Shown here: positions 18,966 to 27,217 of the stretch, piece by piece
Layout of the letters: the number at the start of each line of letters is the position of its first letter
Position numbering within the stretch: position 1 is the stretch's first letter
Origin: an uncultured Bacteroidales bacterium
GTDB lineage: Bacteria > Bacteroidota > Bacteroidia > Bacteroidales > VadinHA17
Assembly (NCBI GenBank): GCA_942492865.1
Contig: OW818650.1
Coordinates: 23,892 to 87,891 of the forward strand
Direction: 5' to 3'
DNA: 64,000 bases
Notes under the pieces: generated by a model
Seen by the model: the letters and a program-made list of their open reading frames with translations, nothing else
Told to the model about the DNA's origin: nothing
Databases searched by the model: none
Translations under genes and position numbers: made by a program

Positions 18966-19475
18966 TTAGGATGATGTTGTTTTAAAACTAGGTAGATTAG
19001 GTATTTCTGCTTTATTTAAAAATTCTATGGTTAACTCATATTTGATTTTAGTAAACAACCAGTCATGGTAATTTATAATTAGATCGTTCCATCTTGTAAA
19101 CTTTATATTGTCAGGCAGAAAAACATTATGAGAATTATTTAACTTCTCAATGTTGGCTTTATCGGTTGTAATTATTATAGGCAGATTAATAGTGAATAGA
19201 CTAGTAAATAATCCATTTTTCTTTGGACATATTATTATTAAGTTTTCTTTATAGTACATGTCAGCTTTAACAGGGAAACCAAGACCTTCTCGAATTGCTA
19301 AGCTGTCACTGGTTTGGGAATACCTAATAGAGGAATGTTGAAGTTGCTCTGAGGGAAATTTTTTCAATATACTTTTACTTAGGTGTTGTTGTACTAGAGT
19401 CATGATAAGGAAATATGTTGAAAAAGCGATAGCGACAGCTAGGAAGAAAAACAATGCGATTGTATCAGAATTCAT
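18966..19475 (-). CDS. Hypothetical membrane-anchored protein
   Basis: 169-aa ORF with one N-terminal TM helix. No motif recognised. Confidence 0.45.
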   Translation of the reverse strand: MNSDTIALFFFLAVAIAFSTYFLIMTLVQQHLSKSILKKFPSEQLQHSSIRYSQTSDSLAIREGLGFPVKADMYYKENLIIICPKKNGLFTSLFTINLPIIITTDKANIEKLNNSHNVFLPDNIKFTRWNDLIINYHDWLFTKIKYELTIEFLNKAEIPNLPSFKTTSS

Positions 19476-20056
19476 AATTTTCTTTTTACTATTGAAATGA
19501 AGTTTTGCACAGCGGCATAGATGCTAACTTGTTTTTAATTGTGCATTAGCCAAAGTCATAACAGAACTATCTTGTGTAGTCGCAAAAGCCAATGCCAGGT
19601 TACCAATTATATTTGGTTTTTGATGCATTTCGGGGCCATTTTAAAAACGATCACTTGATCCTTTCAAGGTCTTGTCGCAGTGAGGGAATATAGGCGATCA
19701 CTAGTTACCCCTGAGTGTAGTTATGAAAATCAAATATATAAATTTTAAGTCCCATATCCCCTATCAGTATCTTGTCGTGAGTTGGGATATCCTGATAGAA
19801 AGCAGTATTGTTATTAAAATAACAGAAGTTTTCTAAAGACGGCGCGAGGGCAAACTATCGAGCGATGGCAAATCCCGATACAAGAGATGAAGTTGTCATA
19901 TTACACAAAATTTTCATAAAACGGAGCGACGGCAAATCCTTGTTATCAAGCGATATATGGATTTTCTGTTAGCATTTCGGGGCCTCAATTATTGACACGC
20001 GTTTTTCACCATAGATAATTTGTCAATGTATCTGGGCGCACCAGGGCCCTGAATGC

Positions 20057-20455
20057 TAACGGCCCGGCAATAAAAGTCGTTTGCAGTGCGTAGTCGACCG
20101 GAGGCCGCCAGCAGAATTTCAAGGGTTTGTTAAAGCATAAATCTACTAAAGGCCGTAGGGAGCGAAGCATGGCGCAATTTTTGCCATCACGGCACAATTT
20201 TGCTTGGTGCTGGCGCGATCGCGGTACAAGTTTTCGGGCGACTGAGATTGAGTCATGGTTCTAAGTATGGTCGAAGACGTTTGCGCAGTTTCGCGGTACA
20301 ATACTTGGTCGGAGCCACAATCTGTCACGGTACAGAAGTTTAGTAGAGGGCAGATGAGCGTATCACGGCATAAGAGTTTGGGCAGAAACTAATCTTGTAA
20401 GCAGGAATAAAACGCAAAAATTGTGACAAGCAAATGACTTTTATTGTCCGTGTTA
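20057..20455 (+). repeat. Cassette-boundary element E11, type E (399 bp)
   Basis: TAACGGCCCGGCAATAAAAGTCGTTTGC ... GCAAATGACTTTTATTGTCCGTGTTA. The terminal helix is re-coded with compensatory changes. The inner CAATTTTTGC/GCAAAAATTG helix and TCGCGGTACAA motifs are retained. Confidence 0.85.
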
Positions 20456-20470
20456 TAAACCGTTGTTTTT

Positions 20471-20902
20471 TTAAATTATCGAGCAGGCAAGACATCTGTC
20501 ACGGTGAACACTTAATGTTTCACCACAATTTGGGCATTTTCTTCTTTTTGTCTCAAAAGTCAGGAAGTAGTCAATGCCATTTTGCTTAATCATCATCAGG
20601 TTATCCAGAAAGCTAGTTTTATACTTTGTTCTATATCGTTTGTCGAGTTGTTTTAATCTCTGACACGGATATTTCTGACAATCAAAACAGAATTTAGAGT
20701 CAGTCTTTTTGAGTAATTCACAATTTCTTATTACACAATGAACTCTGGCTTCGCCTTCAATCACGAATCTGCATCCAGGACATTTATTTTTCGGGCGCAT
20801 GTAACCAATACATGATCCACAATTCATCCCGCAAGGAGCAATCGTGCTTTTGTCGAATGTGATCGATGTATTATACTTTTTATTCTCGGCTGAATTTTTC
20901 AT
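20471..20902 (-). CDS. Cys-rich DUF3795-like zinc-binding protein
   Basis: 143 aa with CGMNCGSC...CPGCRF and further CxxC pairs. Confidence 0.6.
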   Translation of the reverse strand: MKNSAENKKYNTSITFDKSTIAPCGMNCGSCIGYMRPKNKCPGCRFVIEGEARVHCVIRNCELLKKTDSKFCFDCQKYPCQRLKQLDKRYRTKYKTSFLDNLMMIKQNGIDYFLTFETKRRKCPNCGETLSVHRDRCLACSII

Positions 20903-20922
20903 GTCATGATAACTATTCTTTG

Positions 20923-21627
20923 TTATTCAAATGATTGTATTAGTCTTATGTTTCTATTCTCTAATGAGGTAAGAAATTTATCCACTGTCTTATTCCGTCC
21001 ATAGTACCAAGATTGTTTCTTGAAATACTTGTCCATTTTTCCATTAGGTTTAAAAATATATCCATAACGGGCATATATTTCGTTTCGCATAATTTCAAGA
21101 TCAGATTTGGTCATTGTCTTTAGTTCTTCACTGGTTAAATTTCTCAAGGAAGCATGGGGAAACTTGCCTGGAAAATAAAGTCCATTAATAAAACCTATCT
21201 CTTGACCTTTGGGATTTGCATAAAAAACCCAACTACTCCAAGGTTTATAAACGAGCAATCCTTTCGTTGGTAAACTATCTGGATCAATAAAAATCACAAA
21301 TTCTCCATTTGTTTTATCAGAAAAGAATCTATTTCCCAAAATCTTAACATTATTAAGATTTTCAACATTTTGAATCCACTCCTCTTTTTTATTAATTATG
21401 ACCCAACTTCCTGTTTCAATTTGAGCATAGCAAGAATCACGGTCTATTATTAATGTCAACCTTGATTCAAGTTCAGATACTCCAAAATGGTAAGAAGATT
21501 GATACTCCTTGTTATCTTTGGCGAACCATTGATTAATACAAGAATCTTCAATTTGAAGTCCATTGTTTTGACTTTTTATGGGGAGAGTCAATAAAATCAA
21601 TCCTGATAGAATTAATCTAGTTTTCAT
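20923..21627 (-). CDS. YARHG-domain secreted protein
   Basis: 234 aa with a signal peptide. The C-terminal RNEIYARYGYIFKP matches the YARHG motif. Confidence 0.7.
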   Translation of the reverse strand: MKTRLILSGLILLTLPIKSQNNGLQIEDSCINQWFAKDNKEYQSSYHFGVSELESRLTLIIDRDSCYAQIETGSWVIINKKEEWIQNVENLNNVKILGNRFFSDKTNGEFVIFIDPDSLPTKGLLVYKPWSSWVFYANPKGQEIGFINGLYFPGKFPHASLRNLTSEELKTMTKSDLEIMRNEIYARYGYIFKPNGKMDKYFKKQSWYYGRNKTVDKFLTSLENRNIRLIQSFE

Positions 21628-21683
21628 TGTCTTAATCTAATCTTCTAATCAAATCTTAGAGTCTAGTCGTGTGCAATGGTTTA

Positions 21684-21704
21684 TAACTTGCTGATAAACC
21701 GTTA
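21684..21704. repeat. Possible collapsed boundary site (TAAC-13 nt-GTTA)
   Basis: caatGGTTTATAACttgctgataaaccGTTAT. The left flank is the reverse complement of the E11 right flank (GTTATAAACC). Confidence 0.35.
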
Positions 21705-21741
21705 TATTTTTGAATATTCTAAAATGGTAGTTAATCCCATA

Positions 21742-22290
21742 TTATTCAATAAATACTTGTTTTAAAATTGAAATCATTTTATAAAAAGAGTAAATAATCC
21801 CAATTATTACTGCAATAAAAACCGCAATTAATATTGATTGATGGCACAGTAACAAGTTTCCTAATGGTATTATTGCCAGGCAGAATACAATAATTGCAGC
21901 AGTCACGGTGGAATAATTTATTGTTTTATTTAAAATTTCTTCTCTTTTAGGAAATATTTTAAGAAATTCTTCCGAATGTCGTTTATAATTCCCTTCCTGC
22001 GGTATTTTTTCTTTCTCATTCAAATCCAGAGCACTTTTAATTTTTCTGAAATCCTTTTGCTCTAAACCCTCTTTAATATCTTTATGGACCTTAACACCTA
22101 TTTTTATCTTATCTTTATCAAAATCAGGCGGATACCAGGTGCGAGCATCTTGATAAATTTCATTTGATTTTTTTGTTAAGACCTCAGACAGTATTTGAAT
22201 TTTGAATATTGTAAAAACCCCAAATAAAGCTAGAATGCCACCCAGAACTTGAGGTGTTGCACTGAAGAAGTAGTAAAATGAATTATCCAT
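21742..22290 (-). CDS. Hypothetical membrane protein
   Basis: 182-aa ORF with hydrophobic helices at both ends. Confidence 0.5.
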   Translation of the reverse strand: MDNSFYYFFSATPQVLGGILALFGVFTIFKIQILSEVLTKKSNEIYQDARTWYPPDFDKDKIKIGVKVHKDIKEGLEQKDFRKIKSALDLNEKEKIPQEGNYKRHSEEFLKIFPKREEILNKTINYSTVTAAIIVFCLAIIPLGNLLLCHQSILIAVFIAVIIGIIYSFYKMISILKQVFIE

Positions 22291-22396
22291 AGTATGAAGT
22301 TTAACTCAGTCTTATTTTGGATTTTGTTTCTGATTCGCAAATCATCTCAGGGAAATAATCTTTATGGTAAGGAAGCCAATGGTTTATAACTTGTTT

Positions 22397-22447
22397 ATAG
22401 ATGCATAAAAATTACTTAAAATGTGCTTTTTAGGGTGGATAGTGTTA
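22397..22447. repeat. Possible collapsed boundary site (TAAC...GTGTTAGGTTT)
   Basis: The caatggtttATAACTTG block seen at 21675 repeats here. About 40 nt later comes aGTGTTAGGTTT, identical to the E2 right junction. Confidence 0.3.
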
Positions 22448-22496
22448 GGTTTAAGATTATTGGATGATGAAGTGATACTTCATAAATGAGGACCGG

Positions 22497-23828
22497 CTAT
22501 TCTTCGCGGGTGAAGGTGTTGAGACGACCTCCTTGATTCATTTCAAACTGATTATCTCCGGGCTTGAAATAAATGATTATTCCTGCCGGATCAAACCTGA
22601 ACTCATCCTTACCTGTTGCTTCAAGCGGGAAAGATGGCTGACCTGTTCCCTGCCCGTATAACCGGCCGTTGTTCTTGCTGATCGTGAGCTTTATCGGTAT
22701 TGCCGGATTTGAATATACCCCCAGGTACTTGTCGAGGTCTCCAGGATTTACGTTGTAAACGTTGAATTGCGGCAGCTTTTCATTCTTGCCGTAATAATTG
22801 TTCAATGTCCGCAGGATTATATCATTTACAGAATATACAGTTCCGTTTGAACAATAAGAAACCGCCAGCCTGTCCGCAGGAATATACAACAGAAGGGAGT
22901 TAAAACCATCAATGCCTCCTGCATGTCCGTAAATAGTCTTATCTTCATAAGGAAGCTTCATTATCCCCATCCCCATCCCATCAGTAATTGTGGTCATTGT
23001 GCCCAAACTCTCCTCACTTATTAGCCTGCCATCAAATAAAGCAGTTATAAACCTGAGAAGATCGGTAGGAGTCGATACGACAGCACCGGCACCGTGTGGA
23101 ATACTCATGTCTGTCTCCGGCGATTTGTTCCAACTTCTGTCGTAAGTGTAGGAATAGGTCTCATTTTTCGACAGGTCTGTACTGCTTCCGTAATAAGTGC
23201 TTGCCAGACCAGCCTTTGAACATATATATTTTTGAAGCACCTCATTGTAAGCCGCCTTGCGTAGTTCCTCTATAATGTAACCGAGCAGAATGTAATTGGA
23301 GTTGCTGTATGAGAACTTCTTCCCAGGTTCAAAATCAGATGAAAAAGCCGACATTACTTCAACCATCTCACTCTTAGTCTTAGGTTTTGTCATATAACTG
23401 GTATATGCAGGATCACTTGTTAAATTATGAATTCCACTCCGGTGATTCAACAGATTACCGATAGTTATCTTTCCTGCATTTGGTACCTGAGGAAAAAACC
23501 TGTCAAGAGTAGTCGTGAGCTGAAGCTTATTCTCTTCAATGAGCTGAAAAATAAGAGTTGAAGTGAACATCTTGGAGATAGAACCGATCCTGTATTTTGT
23601 TTCCGGAGTTGATAAAACCTTTTCAGGCGATACCGATGCATAACCGATAGCCCTGGAATAAATCATACTACCCTTATCCATAAGAGCAAGACTTCCCATT
23701 GCCTTGTTCTTTTCACCAAGTAGTGTCAGAAGGCTGTCTTCAAAAGCCTGGCTGAATCCGTTCTGGCCAAATGCTGAAAAGATTAGCAAAGCCTGAAGAA
23801 GAACTAAAGTAAAAATAAACTTTTTCAT
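22497..23828 (-). CDS. Serine hydrolase, beta-lactamase (class C-like)/PBP family
   Basis: 443 aa with a signal peptide, an SxxK motif (GSISKMF) and a YSN motif (YSNSNY). Confidence 0.8.
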   Translation of the reverse strand: MKKFIFTLVLLQALLIFSAFGQNGFSQAFEDSLLTLLGEKNKAMGSLALMDKGSMIYSRAIGYASVSPEKVLSTPETKYRIGSISKMFTSTLIFQLIEENKLQLTTTLDRFFPQVPNAGKITIGNLLNHRSGIHNLTSDPAYTSYMTKPKTKSEMVEVMSAFSSDFEPGKKFSYSNSNYILLGYIIEELRKAAYNEVLQKYICSKAGLASTYYGSSTDLSKNETYSYTYDRSWNKSPETDMSIPHGAGAVVSTPTDLLRFITALFDGRLISEESLGTMTTITDGMGMGIMKLPYEDKTIYGHAGGIDGFNSLLLYIPADRLAVSYCSNGTVYSVNDIILRTLNNYYGKNEKLPQFNVYNVNPGDLDKYLGVYSNPAIPIKLTISKNNGRLYGQGTGQPSFPLEATGKDEFRFDPAGIIIYFKPGDNQFEMNQGGRLNTFTREE

Positions 23829-24092
23829 GAAAATTGCGTATTAAATTGGAGCCCTAATGAATAAATTGTTATGATAAGATTCAACGAAGTTCAGCAGGGG
23901 TCCTCTTATGCGTTCGCCCCGTCAGTCACAAGAGCATTTCACTTAATCAACAACACAAATTATTCTCCAAAAAATACTACGGCCTGACTTTTAAACTTTC
24001 AACTGCTTTAACCCAACTCCAGATTTAGCAGAATTTTTGCTTTCACAAAACTAAATTTACAGTTTTTTTTCATAATCAAAAATTTTTCAGCC

Positions 24093-24177
24093 TAACCTTT
24101 TACTTATTCTTCACCTGACATTATTTATATAAATGTCTATTTATAAATTTTCAAAGCAGGCTCATGATAACTGGTTA
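24093..24177. repeat. Possible collapsed boundary site (cagccTAAC ... ctgGTTAtc)
   Basis: CTAAC at 24092-24096. The perfect palindrome GATAACtgGTTATC lies at 24166-24179. Confidence 0.25.
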
Positions 24178-24252
24178 TCAATTAATTATAAATTGAAGTT
24201 TTGAATGCTTTAGTATATGCCTGAATAAGTCGGACTGGCTTCAGGTGAAATA

Positions 24253-24711
24253 TTATCTTAATTGCACTAATACCGTTTTTATTTCCTGCACATAATCCTG
24301 AATCTGTGCCGGGAGACTGGCAATATTCGTATCAAAATGCCATTTTGTTATTTTGCCATTTTCCTGAATTTCAATGTGTATACCACCCTGATCGGCACAA
24401 TCGGGACAACCGAAGGTCTTATCCGGATTGTCTATCAAATATTTCGGGAAGTTGTCAATCAACTTTTTTGCAATATCATATTTTTCAACTGACAGAGCTT
24501 CTCCACTAAACTCTAATGATGTTCCATTATAGGATGCCACATTATCCGGATAGAGCCTGCTGTCCTTCATCATAAAAAAATTAGCGCAATCTCCCTGGCA
24601 GAATCCATAAGCATCACCAAAAGCAAAATAATCTATGTTACCCAGATCTTCCTTTGAACATGAAGACAAGAAAATAAAAACAAAAATTATAATTAAAAAC
24701 TTAATTTTCAT
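24253..24711 (-). CDS. Hypothetical lipoprotein
   Basis: 152 aa with a signal peptide ending FLSSCSK. Confidence 0.55.
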   Translation of the reverse strand: MKIKFLIIIFVFIFLSSCSKEDLGNIDYFAFGDAYGFCQGDCANFFMMKDSRLYPDNVASYNGTSLEFSGEALSVEKYDIAKKLIDNFPKYLIDNPDKTFGCPDCADQGGIHIEIQENGKITKWHFDTNIASLPAQIQDYVQEIKTVLVQLR

Positions 24712-24828
24712 GGCTTAATAAGATGTTACGGAATTAAACAATGCTAAAGTAGCATCAAAATTTATGCCACGGAGATCCCATGAATAACTTGAGATGAACA
24801 AGCTTGCCCCTGCATAAATCAAACCGAC

Positions 24829-26388
24829 TCATTCATGTACTCCAGTCTTTTCCAGGTGCAAATAATCAACTACCTGCTCTTTCACGTCAAGATCCTCAAT
24901 AGGACTTCTGATTGCCACCAGATTCCTGCGGCTGACGTGAGTATATATCTCTGTTGTGCGGGTGCTTTTGTGACCAAGTAGCTCCTGAATATATCTTATA
25001 TCAAGTCCATTCTCATGCAGATGCGTTGCGTAACTGTGCCTCAGGCTGTGAACGCCCACTTCCTTCTGTATGCCGGCATCTCTTAATGCTTTCTTGAAAA
25101 CATGATAAACGCTTTCAACGGAATACCGCTGACCCCTCTGGCCTTCAAAAAGATATTTTCCCGGACGATGGCTTTCAAGATACTCATCAACCTTCGGCCA
25201 GAGTTTACCTGGCACCGGAACAATCCGGTCAACTCCCCCCTTCCCTTCCCGAATGTGAAGAATATTACGCTCCCTGTCAAAATCGGTGAGCCTGATATTT
25301 GTAACCTCCGATCTCCTCAGCCCACAGGAATAAATAATCCAAAGGAGCAACTTGTGCTTGCTGTTACGCGCAGAGTTAAGTATTCTGGCTATCTCATCTT
25401 TGGAAAAGACCTTCGGCAATGCTCTGCTGCGCCTGGGCCTCTCAAGTATCCCGGGTATAATTCTCCCTTTTCCGGCGAGCTCATAATAAAGCTTGATCGC
25501 CGAAACCATCTGGTTTTGAAATGATGCGGAAAAGCCGTGCTTCAAAACAAAGTCATTAATGAAGTCCGACACTTCATTATGGGATATTTCATGCGGATCT
25601 TTTGTATGATAGTACTTAAAAAATAATTCAAGCTGGGAAATGTATGACTCAATTGTCCTGTTACTATACCTGTATTCTTCGAGATGCCTCCGTAAAAGTT
25701 CAACTCCTTCCCTTGCAGCTGTTTTAAGTTCCCTTGACCTTACTTCTTCACCTGAGGCCTTCCGGGCCTCTGCAACATCTGCTTTTGGTGCCTGCTTTAA
25801 TACAATGACCTTCACCCCCTGGCCAGAGAAGTAATCGGACAATGAATCAACGGTAATCTTCGACCACTTAAGAAGAAACTCCCTGTGAACCTTGTCATAA
25901 TAATACTTACCGTAACTTCTGATCTCATCAATCCATTTCTTATCATAGTAACCGGTGAACCTTACAGACAACCGCTCATCTTCAATGCGGAATTCAACCG
26001 GTGAATATCCTGATGTGAATGACCTTTCATGGAAATCTTTTTTTCCTTCAACTAAGTCATCATCACGGATTTTCTCTTTAACTATTTTTATTTCAGTTCT
26101 GGGGATGAGCGCTTCTTCCTCATGATGATCAGGAACATGATCAGGTATTTTGAGCCCGCCATAGTAGGCTGTATTCGATAGATCGATATCTGCTACCTCC
26201 CTGAAAGCCATCAGAACCTTCCTGAGGTTTTCTTTGTTATCCTCAATATGCCAGCATTTTAGCGAACCGCTGTAATTAACTCCATTAAGTTGTTTTGTAA
26301 TTGAAATAAGTTCCCTGTCATACACGAATTCAAGAGACAATCTTCGCCTTTCATCATGTATGATGTGCCTTACAGTGATCTTTTTCAT
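24829..26388 (-). CDS. Tyrosine recombinase/integrase with a long N-terminal extension
   Basis: C-terminal catalytic motifs: GLRRSE (R), HSLRHSYATH (HxxR), LLGHKS, IYTHV (Y). Preceded by about 250 aa, including two similar modules (RRRLSLEFVYD... and ERLSVRFTGYYD...). Start taken at MKKITVRH (26388). The ORF track extends to 26496. Confidence 0.85.
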   Translation of the reverse strand: MKKITVRHIIHDERRRLSLEFVYDRELISITKQLNGVNYSGSLKCWHIEDNKENLRKVLMAFREVADIDLSNTAYYGGLKIPDHVPDHHEEEALIPRTEIKIVKEKIRDDDLVEGKKDFHERSFTSGYSPVEFRIEDERLSVRFTGYYDKKWIDEIRSYGKYYYDKVHREFLLKWSKITVDSLSDYFSGQGVKVIVLKQAPKADVAEARKASGEEVRSRELKTAAREGVELLRRHLEEYRYSNRTIESYISQLELFFKYYHTKDPHEISHNEVSDFINDFVLKHGFSASFQNQMVSAIKLYYELAGKGRIIPGILERPRRSRALPKVFSKDEIARILNSARNSKHKLLLWIIYSCGLRRSEVTNIRLTDFDRERNILHIREGKGGVDRIVPVPGKLWPKVDEYLESHRPGKYLFEGQRGQRYSVESVYHVFKKALRDAGIQKEVGVHSLRHSYATHLHENGLDIRYIQELLGHKSTRTTEIYTHVSRRNLVAIRSPIEDLDVKEQVVDYLHLEKTGVHE

Positions 26389-26652
26389 AAGCAGCGAGAG
26401 TAAGAATTTAGCACTTTGAACTACTCCAATACATGAGATAAACACGGATTGAAAAAGCAGTCTGCATAGCAAGTTACAAAGAATTAGAAAAACCACAAAA
26501 AGTTTTCAATTGCTGTCACTCATTTAACTAAATCATTTCAATAAGTTGTCCAACATATCCAAAAAGTACTATAGATATATCAATTTGCATTATCGGAATT
26601 GTTGACTATTTTTGTGAAAGTTTTGCCGTCTTGCTGAAAGAGGTAAAAAATC

Positions 26653-26726
26653 CGGGGTGTGGCGCAGTTGGCTAGCGCACTTGCATGGGGTGCAAGGGGT
26701 CGTCCGTTCAAGTCGGATCACCCCGA
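26653..26726 (+). tRNA. tRNA-Pro (anticodon GGG)
   Basis: Hand-folded cloverleaf. Acceptor CGGGGTG/CACCCCG with C1:G72, D stem GCGC/GCGC, anticodon stem CTTGC/GCAAG, loop ATGGGGT (U33, GGG, G37), T arm GTCCG-TTCAAGT-CGGAT, discriminator A. Confidence 0.85.
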
Positions 26727-26740
26727 CAAAAGGTATAATG

Positions 26741-26769
26741 GGGGCTTACAATTTGTGAGTCCCCTTTTT
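26741..26769 (+). terminator. Rho-independent terminator after tRNA-Pro
   Basis: GGGGCTTAC-aattt-GTGAGTCCCC hairpin followed by TTTTT. Confidence 0.6.
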
Positions 26770-27217
26770 ATTTAAGATCGTTTGCACACCATTTGAACAC
26801 AGCTTCCTAATATTATGTATCTTGAAAGCAAAATTTAAAAGCATTAAGAATCCCTTGGCATTATAAGAAGCAGAATCGTTATTAAATAAGGGACTATACC
26901 TTGTTCTACTTTCTTTTTATGGTCGGAGTGAAAAAAGAATGCGTTTTTAATGCCGGTGGTTCGCGCAGGATCGTTTTCCCTTTTTGACCCTACCACCAGT
27001 AAAAGTACCATTGACTCCCCATGTCTTTTTTTTGTTTATCAAATCATATTGGATAACAGCATGTTATATTGGATTTGGTATAATTCATACAGATTCTGAC
27101 CTGCAAAACTAACAGCTATTATGTCATATTTGTCAAGATATTGATATTCAACAAAATATGCTCTTGTTGAATTGTGATGAGATTTAATCACTTAAAACTC
27201 GTTTAAGGCATAGATAA

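Noticed and set aside
227-20455. CRISPR array
   Set aside because: The repeats are 270-400 bp rather than 25-40 bp, and the spacers are whole genes of 0.05-3.5 kb. There are no cas genes in the window.
227-20455. Ordinary MITE with terminal inverted repeats and a TA target duplication (IS630/Tc1-like insertion into CTAG)
   Set aside because: Every copy is indeed bounded by C-TA...TA-G, so this was considered seriously. It does not explain three observations. All 12 copies share one orientation relative to the genes. The flanks pair between adjacent elements rather than around one element. The spacing to stop codons is fixed. It remains an alternative for the origin of the element.
24829-26388. 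Classical integron integrase (IntI)
   Set aside because: The catalytic region runs VPVPGKLWPKVDEYLESHRPGKYLFEGQRGQRYSVESVYHVF. I cannot see the roughly 20-35 residue IntI-specific insertion. The long N-terminal extension and the co-directional orientation are also atypical. It is called only a tyrosine recombinase.
26545-26554. GTTGTCCAAC upstream of the recombinase, matching an internal element motif
   Set aside because: A single 10-mer match in 64 kb is within chance expectation, and there is no surrounding similarity.
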